From positions 18,909 through 82,908 of the forward strand of contig LYSY01000012.1 of NCBI GenBank assembly GCA_001657395.1: a stretch of DNA of 64,000 bases, in the 5' to 3' direction. Shown piece by piece: positions 28,037-35,306 of this stretch (its first letter is position 1; each line of letters opens with the position of its first letter). The notes under the pieces were generated by a model, which saw only the letters and a list, made by a program, of their open reading frames with translations, searched no databases and had not been told where the DNA came from. The DNA is from Rhodospirillales bacterium BBD 1991-14. GTDB taxonomy: Bacteria; Pseudomonadota; Alphaproteobacteria; Kiloniellales; Kiloniellaceae. Made by a program: the position numbers and the translations under genes.

Positions 28037-28134
28037 GGCCCTGTAACTGCGGCCCTGTAACTGCGGCCCTGTAACTGCGGCCCTGTAACTGCGGCCCTGT
28101 AACTGCGGCCTTGTGACTGTGACCCCATAACTGC
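28037..28134. repeat. 14-bp VNTR: (GGCCCTGTAACTGC) x5 perfect plus 2 degenerate copies
   Basis: Perfect units span 28037-28106, followed by GGCCTTGTGACTGT and GACCCCATAACTGC. Confidence 0.95.
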
Positions 28135-28147
28135 GGATTTTTGGCGG

Positions 28148-29077
28148 ATGTTTGTTGTTTGTGGCGAGGCGCTCTATGACGTCTTCACCCTGGAGGAAAC
28201 GGACCGGGGATTCACGATGGATGCCCGCATCGGCGGCTCGCCCTTCAATGTGGCGATCGGCCTGGCGCGACTCGGCTGCGACGTTGCCTTTTGCGCGGGG
28301 CTTTCCAGCGATCCCTTGGGCCGCCGGCTGGAACGGCACCTGGAAGCCGAAGGCGTCGACACGCGCTACGTCGTGCGCAAGGACAATCCGACAACCCTTG
28401 CGCTGGTCGCGCTGGGCGGCGGCGGTGAGCCGCATTACAGCTTCTACGGTCACGCCGCGGCGGATCGTGCCGTCACGCCGGCCGACCTGCCCGCGCTGCC
28501 GGAGACCGTACAGGCGATTCATTTCGGTTCCTTCTCTCTGGCGGTCGAGCCCAGCGGTGCATCCTTTCTGGAGCTGGCGCGGCGCGCTGCGGAGAAGCTG
28601 GTTTCCTTCGACCCCAACATCCGCCTGAACGTGGAGCCCGATGCGGCGCTGTGGCGCCAGCGCACTGAAACCTTTACGCAGATCGCCGCGCTGGTGAAGG
28701 TCAGCGTCGAGGACCTCAACATTCTTTTCCCCGAAGAAACGCCGGAGGGCGTTGTCGCGCGCTGGCATGCCAATGGCGTTCAGTTGGTGGTGGTGACACG
28801 GGGTTCGGAGGGGGCGCTGGTCTCCCTGCGCGGAGAGGTCTTCGAGGTGCCGGGCCGGCGGGTGGAGACCGTCGACACCGTGGGCGCCGGCGACACCTAT
28901 CAGGCGGCCCTGCTCTGCGGCCTTGAGCGCCTCGGGAAGGCGAGCAGGGCCGGGCTCGTCGCCTTGTCGATGGCCGAGTGCCGGCGCCTGGTCGACTTCG
29001 CCGGCACGGCGGCGGCGATCACCTGCACGCGGCGCGGTGCCGACATGCCGCATGCGGCGGAGGTGCCGGAAATCTGA
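28148..29077 (+). CDS. PfkB-family carbohydrate kinase (probable fructokinase)
   Basis: GGSPFNVAIGLARLG, FDPNIR, VKVSVED, DTVGAGD. Lies downstream of frcBCA. Confidence 0.9.
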   Translation: MFVVCGEALYDVFTLEETDRGFTMDARIGGSPFNVAIGLARLGCDVAFCAGLSSDPLGRRLERHLEAEGVDTRYVVRKDNPTTLALVALGGGGEPHYSFYGHAAADRAVTPADLPALPETVQAIHFGSFSLAVEPSGASFLELARRAAEKLVSFDPNIRLNVEPDAALWRQRTETFTQIAALVKVSVEDLNILFPEETPEGVVARWHANGVQLVVVTRGSEGALVSLRGEVFEVPGRRVETVDTVGAGDTYQAALLCGLERLGKASRAGLVALSMAECRRLVDFAGTAAAITCTRRGADMPHAAEVPEI

Positions 29078-29188
29078 TCCGCTGAGGCGGCTCTCAGCCG
29101 CCGGGAAGGCTCGTCGGCCTAAAGGATGAGGCCGGCCCATGACGGCACACCTTTAGAGAACTCTCAGCGCATTCTTTCCTGCCGGCCC

Positions 29189-29244
29189 GGGACAGCTGTC
29201 CCAGAAGAGAACAGGAAATCTTGGGTAGCTGGGACAGCTGCCCG
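29189..29244. promoter_or_regulatory. Paired palindromic operator-like sites upstream of the di-heme enzyme
   Basis: Perfect palindrome GGGACAGCTGTCCC at 29189-29202 and variant GGGACAGCTGCCCG at 29231-29244, 42 bp apart. Confidence 0.55.
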
Positions 29245-29428
29245 ATTTCCAGCATCGCGCCGATCACCGATATCTCTCAGCCGCCGCTTCGCTCCATGGC
29301 CGGGTGCGATGGGGGTTTGGTGCAACCGCGTCGCAGTGACAGCGTTGCCGACTGACCAGGCGCCCGCGAGCTCGGACCACGCCATCCTTACGGACGGCAA
29401 GGGAGCAGAGGATCAAAGGCTGAGGACT

Positions 29429-30913
29429 GTGAAGACCCGGAAATTCCTGACACTTTCTGCGGCCGCTCTGCTGGCTGCGGCACTACCGACTGTACTTCCG
29501 GCGGCCGTTGCGGCCGATCCGGTGGCTGATCTGGCCCCGGTTGCCGGCAGCGACTTCCACGACCATGGCCGGCCCGATCAGGCCAAGGTGCGTCTTGGCC
29601 GCTTCCTGTTCTTCGACAAGGTGTTGAGCGGCAATCGCAACATCGCCTGCGCGACCTGCCACCATCCGACCCTGGCCGCGGCCGACGGTGTGTCGCTTTC
29701 GCTCGGGGAGGGCGCGCGCGGCCTGGGAACGAAGCGCCGCGAAGACCCCGATACGCCGCTGCTCGGCCGTGTGCCCCGCAACGCCCCGGCTTTGCACTTC
29801 GTCGGCGCGCGGGAGTTTACCGCTCTTACCCATGACGGCCGGGTGGAGGTTGACCCGGCACGCACCTGGCCCAGTGGCTTCTGGACCCCGGCGCGCGAGC
29901 AGCTGCCCGAAGGGCTCGACAGTGCCCTGGCGGCGCAGGCCCTCTTTCCCGTGCTCTCGGACATCGAGATGGCGGGTCACAAGGGCGAGAATGCGGTGGC
30001 CGATGCCGTGGCGCTGAACCGCCTCGGCGGCCAGGACGGCGCCTGGGCGATCTTGGCCCGGCGGCTGCAGAAGATCCCCGAGTACGTCGATCTTTTTGTT
30101 GAGGCCTTCCCGGAGGTCGATCACGCCGACGATATCACGATCGTGCAGGCGGCCAACGCGATTGCCGCTTTCCAGGCCGCAGCCTTCCGGCCCGACGACA
30201 GCCCCTTCGACCGCTATCTGCGCAGCCGCGACCCCGCCGTACTTACGCCGGCGGCTCAGCGGGGCATGGCGCTGTTCTATGGAGACGCAGGCTGTGCCGC
30301 CTGCCATAGCGGCAAGTTTCAGACCGACCACCGCTTCCATGCCATTGCCATGCCGCAGATCGGCCCGGGCAAGAGCGACGGCTGGGACCGCTCCTATTGG
30401 CGGGCGACCGGCTATGCCGCCCGGGTCGAGGATTTCGGCCGCTACCGGGTCACCTTTCGACCGGAGGACCGCTACCGTTTCCGCACGCCGTCCCTGCGCA
30501 ACGTCGAGCTGACCGGTCCCTGGGGCCATGCCGGCAGCTACGCCAGCCTGGAGGCGGTCGTGCGCCACCACCTGGATCCGGTCGCTGCGCTCGAAGGCTA
30601 CGATGCCAGAGAGGGCGGGCTTCCCGAATTGCGCAGGGTGATCGAACCCCGGGCCACGGGATCGCGTCTCAGCCACGAGGCCGTCAATCCGGCGCGCCTC
30701 GCGGACTATCTGCGCCGCGACACCTGGGCTCAGGAGACCGCTGCGCTGCGCGAGTCGCTTGCGGAGGCCAACGAGCTGCCGCCGCGCAGCCTGAGCGATG
30801 CCCAGGTCGAGGATCTGCTGGCCTTCCTGCGGGCGCTCACCGACCCGCGCAGCCGCGACCTCACCGCCCTTGTGCCCAGGCGCGTGCCCAGCGGCCTGCC
30901 GGTGCCGGACTGA
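29429..30913 (+). CDS. Di-heme cytochrome c peroxidase/MauG superfamily protein (atypical)
   Basis: Signal peptide from GTG 29429 (GAGGA upstream). LGRFLFFDKVLSGN, CATCH, CAACH, FRTPSLRNV, GPWGHAG. Confidence 0.88.
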   Translation: MKTRKFLTLSAAALLAAALPTVLPAAVAADPVADLAPVAGSDFHDHGRPDQAKVRLGRFLFFDKVLSGNRNIACATCHHPTLAAADGVSLSLGEGARGLGTKRREDPDTPLLGRVPRNAPALHFVGAREFTALTHDGRVEVDPARTWPSGFWTPAREQLPEGLDSALAAQALFPVLSDIEMAGHKGENAVADAVALNRLGGQDGAWAILARRLQKIPEYVDLFVEAFPEVDHADDITIVQAANAIAAFQAAAFRPDDSPFDRYLRSRDPAVLTPAAQRGMALFYGDAGCAACHSGKFQTDHRFHAIAMPQIGPGKSDGWDRSYWRATGYAARVEDFGRYRVTFRPEDRYRFRTPSLRNVELTGPWGHAGSYASLEAVVRHHLDPVAALEGYDAREGGLPELRRVIEPRATGSRLSHEAVNPARLADYLRRDTWAQETAALRESLAEANELPPRSLSDAQVEDLLAFLRALTDPRSRDLTALVPRRVPSGLPVPD

Positions 30914-30993
30914 GCAATCAGAAGACTGAACGCAAAACTGTCGCCGTTCGTATCCCGCCGCATCCTTTGGACCCTTTGCAGGAGACGTGATCT

Positions 30994-31731
30994 ATGTCCG
31001 TGAAATCCCTTCTTATGACCACCTCGGCCCTTGTGGTGCTGGCGGCTTCCGCAGCGCTTGCCGACAGCAGCGGAGAGCCGAGCACCCAGGTTGCCTACGA
31101 CGCCCCGGTCGCCCTGGAGTTCAATTTCAAGCTCCATGTCGAGGACAATCTCGCCGAGCAGGATGTGCTGATCGAGCGCGAGCCCGGCTCCGGCAAGCTC
31201 TACCGCCCGACCGCCGGCGACAGGGACATGAGCCAGCCGCTCTATGCCGCCGCTGAACCGCTGGAGCACCAGCCCTTCGACGAGACCGCCAACGGCCCCT
31301 GGCCCAAGGGCCGCGCCCTTGGCATCACCCTCGGCGACTGGCTGAGCGCAAAGGGCGAGGCAAGCTATAGTTGCGCGAACGGCGAGGGCAGCCTGACTGC
31401 CGACTTCACCGGCCTCGTGCCGGACGGCGTCTACACCATGTGGCACTTCTTCATGGCATCACCGCCGACCGAGCCTTTCATCGGTACCCACGATCTCCCG
31501 ATCGGCACGCGCGACGGTGCCCAGTCGGTCTTCACCGCAGACAAGTCGGGCAAGGCCCGCTTCGAAGCGGCCTTTAAGCCCTGCCTGCAGCTCACCGGTG
31601 AGCATCTGGCGGCGGGTCTGGCCATCGCCTGGCACAGCGACGGGCAGACCTACGGCGCGCTGCCGGGCGACTTTGCGACGGTGTCCCACGTTCACCTTTA
31701 CGCCGGCCTGCCCAAGCGCAAAGGGCTCTAA
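30994..31731 (+). CDS. Secreted hypothetical protein, probable partner of the di-heme enzyme
   Basis: CAGGAG SD, signal peptide ending ALA, typical codon usage, His-rich C-terminus (AWHSDGQTYG...SHVHL). Confidence 0.75.
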   Translation: MSVKSLLMTTSALVVLAASAALADSSGEPSTQVAYDAPVALEFNFKLHVEDNLAEQDVLIEREPGSGKLYRPTAGDRDMSQPLYAAAEPLEHQPFDETANGPWPKGRALGITLGDWLSAKGEASYSCANGEGSLTADFTGLVPDGVYTMWHFFMASPPTEPFIGTHDLPIGTRDGAQSVFTADKSGKARFEAAFKPCLQLTGEHLAAGLAIAWHSDGQTYGALPGDFATVSHVHLYAGLPKRKGL

Positions 31732-31807
31732 AGAGGCGCCACAAAACAGGGTGGAGGCAGTGCAGGGCCGGCGCAGACGCGCCGGCCCTTGCTGTGTGGG
31801 TGGGGTG

Positions 31808-32167
31808 TCAGTTGACGATGTTGTAGAGCGCGCGGGCGATCTCGCCTTCCAGCGGGAAGGACAGCATCCCCATGACCGAGTATCCCAGCAGCCAGGGCAT
31901 CAGGTAGAAGCGGATCATGAAGAAGAACCAGGCGACGTAGAGCGGCACCAGGGGGTCCAGCAGGAAGCCCGGCGTGATCGGCCGGAAAACGCGGATGATA
32001 GGGTTGGTCCCCTTCACGAAGACCTTCATGAAAAAGAAGTTCGAGTCTTCCGGCAGGAAGAGGTTCATGGCGACGCGGCCGATCAGCGTCCACATGATCA
32101 CGCCCATCAGATAGTCGAACACGATGACCCAGATGGGAAAGACGGCAAGCGGGTCGGTTATCGTCAC
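31808..32167 (-). CDS. YggT-like small membrane protein associated with actP
   Basis: 119-aa hydrophobic ORF with TNPII..FRPITP. Lies downstream of the SSS transporter. Confidence 0.7.
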   Translation of the reverse strand: MTITDPLAVFPIWVIVFDYLMGVIMWTLIGRVAMNLFLPEDSNFFFMKVFVKGTNPIIRVFRPITPGFLLDPLVPLYVAWFFFMIRFYLMPWLLGYSVMGMLSFPLEGEIARALYNIVN

Positions 32168-32186
32168 CTGTTTACGGGTCCTGAAT

Positions 32187-32216
32187 AAAAAGGGTGGCGG
32201 AGAAACTCCGCCACCC
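32187..32216 (-). terminator. Intrinsic terminator after the SSS symporter gene
   Basis: 11-bp stem GGGTGGCGGAG/CTCCGCCACCC followed by a T-tract on the minus strand. Confidence 0.75.
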
Positions 32217-32244
32217 CAGTCTACACGCTTTTGCTTGTTTCAGA

Positions 32245-34059
32245 TCAGTGCTTGGCACCGAGGATCGTTTCGCCCGAAGGAATACGAACCTCGTCCACCA
32301 TGTCCTGCACTTCCTGGCTTGGCGCCGGGGTCATCAGGCTGACCACGACCATCGCCACCAGGCTGACCGGCATGCCGATGATGCCGAAGCGCAGGTGGTC
32401 GATGCCCATCCAGGGCGTGCCGCCGGTGTACACGTAGTACAGATAGGCGGAGCCGGCGGCGAAGCCGCAGACCATGCCTGCAACCGCCCCCTGGGTGTTG
32501 GCCCGTTTCCACCAGACCCCCAGCACCAGCGGGAAGAACAGGCCGGAGCAGGCGAAGCAGAACGCCCAGGCCACCGCACCGAGAATACCGGTGAGCTGCA
32601 GGCTGGCGATCAACGCGGCGGCCGCGCCGATCACGATGAGCAGCACGCGGGCAACGATGAGGCGATGCTTGGTATCCGCCTTCGGGTCGATGATCTTGTA
32701 GTAAAGATCGTGGCTCAGCGCGTTGGCGATGGCCAGCAGCAGCCCGTCGGCCGTCGACATGGCCGCGGCCAGACCGCCGGCAGCCACCAGGCCCGAGATC
32801 ACATACGGCAGGCCGGCGATTTCCGGCGTCGCCAGAACGACGATGTCCGGCCGCATGAAGAACTCGTTGAGCTGCAGGATGCCGTCCCCGTTGCTGTCCG
32901 TCAGGAACAGCATGCGCACGCTCTCCCAGTTCTGCACCCAGGCCAGACTCTTCACCGCCTCGAAGGACTGTCCGATGACCGCCGTCGGCAGGGTCGGGTC
33001 CAGCAGCTGCAGCTTCGTCAGCGTGGCCAGGGCCGGCGCCGTGAAGTACAGGAGGAAGATGAAGAACAGCGAATAGGCGACAGACCTGCGCGCGTCCCGC
33101 ACCGACGGTGTGGTGAAGTAGCGCATCAGGATGTGCGGCAGTGAGGCGGTGCCCGCCATCATGCAGAGCGCCAGGGTGACGAACTTCCAGGAGTCCATGC
33201 CACCCTGCGGGTCGTTGTGCGGTGTCGAGAGGATTCTCACGCCGCCGTATGGCGCGCTTTCCGTGGCCGCCGTTCCCAGCCCGACCAGGGGCTCCAGCTC
33301 CTGGATGCGGGCCACCGCATCGCCGTAGGAGAAATGGGGAATGAGGCCGAAGTCCTGTTTGTTCGACATCCAGATGACCGGCACCAGGTAGGCGATGATG
33401 AGGACGATGTACTGGGCGACCTGGGTCCAGGTCACCGCCCGCATGCCGCCGAGCATGGAGCACAGCAGGATGCCGATCAGGCCGATCCAGACGCCGAACT
33501 CGAAGGGAATATGCAGCGCGCGCGCCGCGATGGTTCCCGAGGCGTTGATCTGCGCCGTCACGTAGGTGAAGGAGGTGACGACCAGGATGACGACGGCGCA
33601 GAAGCGCGCGACGTTGCCGCCGTAACGCGTCCCGATGAAGTCCGGCACCGTGTAGCAGCCGAACTTGCGCAGGTAGGGCGCCATCAGCGAGTTGACCAGC
33701 ACGTAGCCGCCCGTCCAGCCGACGATGAAGCCCAGATAGCCGTAGCCGCCGAAGTAGATGCCGCCGGCCAGCGCCACGAAGGAGGCGCCGGACATCCAGT
33801 CCGCCGCCGTCGCCATGCCGTTGTAGACCGCCGGCACTTCGCGGCCGGCCACGTAGTAGGCCTCCACCTGCATGGTCCGCGACAGCCAGCCGATCAGGGC
33901 ATAGATCGCCACGGTGAAGGCGACGAAGAGGATGCCGATGGTGTCGGCACCGACACCCATCTGCTCCAGGATCGCCATCAGCACGATGAAGACGAGGAAC
34001 CCGCCGGTGTACATCGCGTACACGCGGCCGAGGTTTTCAATGAAGCTCCCTTTGATCAT
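32245..34059 (-). CDS. actP: Sodium:solute symporter, cation/acetate (ActP-like, VC_2705 subfamily)
   Basis: NGMATAADWMSGASF, GGMRAVTWTQVAQY, GTASLPHILMRYFT, AAAMSTADGLLL. Confidence 0.88.
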   Translation of the reverse strand: MIKGSFIENLGRVYAMYTGGFLVFIVLMAILEQMGVGADTIGILFVAFTVAIYALIGWLSRTMQVEAYYVAGREVPAVYNGMATAADWMSGASFVALAGGIYFGGYGYLGFIVGWTGGYVLVNSLMAPYLRKFGCYTVPDFIGTRYGGNVARFCAVVILVVTSFTYVTAQINASGTIAARALHIPFEFGVWIGLIGILLCSMLGGMRAVTWTQVAQYIVLIIAYLVPVIWMSNKQDFGLIPHFSYGDAVARIQELEPLVGLGTAATESAPYGGVRILSTPHNDPQGGMDSWKFVTLALCMMAGTASLPHILMRYFTTPSVRDARRSVAYSLFFIFLLYFTAPALATLTKLQLLDPTLPTAVIGQSFEAVKSLAWVQNWESVRMLFLTDSNGDGILQLNEFFMRPDIVVLATPEIAGLPYVISGLVAAGGLAAAMSTADGLLLAIANALSHDLYYKIIDPKADTKHRLIVARVLLIVIGAAAALIASLQLTGILGAVAWAFCFACSGLFFPLVLGVWWKRANTQGAVAGMVCGFAAGSAYLYYVYTGGTPWMGIDHLRFGIIGMPVSLVAMVVVSLMTPAPSQEVQDMVDEVRIPSGETILGAKH

Positions 34060-34072
34060 GTCGGACGTCCCC

Positions 34073-34384
34073 CTATTCGTCGCCGACGCCGGCTTCGTCG
34101 TCGATGGCGTCCTGACGCCAATTCTGGAAGAAAATCAGAATGACGAAGACGATCAGCGAGCCCTGGACGATCAGGTAGTAGCCCAGCGGAAAGCCCAGGA
34201 AGGAGATTTCGTTAAGCGCTTTGGCGTTCCAAGGAAGGATGAAGGCAAAGATCGCCCAGACGACCAGAACTCCGATCGTCAGGTTGCGGGTTTTAGCCCA
34301 ATGACGCTCCTTTGCTTCCTTGCCAATCCCGGGCGCTGATGTTCCCCCAGCGCCGGGGTCTCTTGTGGCTTCAGACATTGTCAT
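34073..34384 (-). CDS. DUF4212 small subunit of the SSS transporter
   Basis: HW..TRNL, FLGFPLGYY..QGS..VFV, D...GV.E. Immediately upstream of actP. Confidence 0.85.
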   Translation of the reverse strand: MTMSEATRDPGAGGTSAPGIGKEAKERHWAKTRNLTIGVLVVWAIFAFILPWNAKALNEISFLGFPLGYYLIVQGSLIVFVILIFFQNWRQDAIDDEAGVGDE

Positions 34385-34571
34385 TCCCCCAGATGTTTTT
34401 TTCGAAAATGCCCCACTACTTCAACATGGTTGGCGAAGGTTCGCGAGTAGATCATGATTGTACTGGATTGAAAACCTTAGTAGTAGCGATTATGACGTTT
34501 CCGCCGAGTGCAATCATCAAATCGATTAGCGTTTCGCGGCAGTGCTGTGCAAATCCGCGGGCCCGCGGGTA

Positions 34572-35240
34572 ATGCAACCCCTGCGTAAGGCCTGGGCCTT
34601 CCTGCCCGAATTTCTGGCGCGCCTGACCGTTCGGCGCGATTCGGGCCCTATCGATTCGACCGATACGTTGTGCCGCTTCGTTGCGACGCGTGCGGCCTTC
34701 ATCGCCCAGAAGACCCTCTATGGCTACCTGAAGGCACGGATGGGCACACGCTATCCGAGCATGTTCGAAGACGATGTCTTCGCTTCGTCGATCGATATCG
34801 CCAAGATGCATGTCTTCGCTGCCTGCCTGTCCGATCTGACCCTCTTTGCGGTTTCCCATGCGCTGCAGGACGAGACTGTCGACGACGTGCTGCGGCGCGA
34901 ACTGGCACTGCACTGCTTTCACAAGGGTTTGGCGGACAATGCCGCCGCAGCGGCCCAGACCTCCGCCTTCTCCGCTGACGAAGCCATGCGGGCCTTCGAG
35001 CGGCGCCTGGCCTTCCACGATTGGCACGATGGACCGCGCGGCGCGGCGCTGTTCACCGCCAGCCCCGCTGCGCTTTTCGAATGGGCCCCGATTGCGCCTG
35101 CCCTGAAGAAGCATGACAAGGAAATCGTCGAGAACTCCATCAAGTTCAAATGGCGGGACATCCGGGAGCGCTTCGAAAAACGTGCCCAAGGGTCCGCCAT
35201 AGCCGCCGATCTAACCAGCTTCGCCGATTTGCGCCATTGA
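34572..35240 (+). CDS. Hypothetical protein upstream of the DUF294 gene
   Basis: 222-aa ORF with normal codon usage (FVATRAAFIAQKTLYGYLKARMG, WAPIA). I recognise no function. Confidence 0.7.
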   Translation: MQPLRKAWAFLPEFLARLTVRRDSGPIDSTDTLCRFVATRAAFIAQKTLYGYLKARMGTRYPSMFEDDVFASSIDIAKMHVFAACLSDLTLFAVSHALQDETVDDVLRRELALHCFHKGLADNAAAAAQTSAFSADEAMRAFERRLAFHDWHDGPRGAALFTASPAALFEWAPIAPALKKHDKEIVENSIKFKWRDIRERFEKRAQGSAIAADLTSFADLRH

Positions 35241-35306
35241 TGCTGATCAAATCCCGCGAGGACGCAATGAGGTTTAGTGTCGCACCGCGGGAAGGGAGCC
35301 GAGTGC

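Noticed and set aside
28037..28134. CRISPR or iteron interpretation of the 14-bp repeat
   Set aside because: The units are head-to-tail with no spacers and there is no rep gene nearby. It is a simple VNTR.
29085..29285. Three CTCTCAG motifs reminiscent of glycine riboswitch aptamer ends
   Set aside because: The GGAGA and CCGAAG core elements and the CTCTCAGG ending are missing, and the downstream gene is unrelated to glycine.
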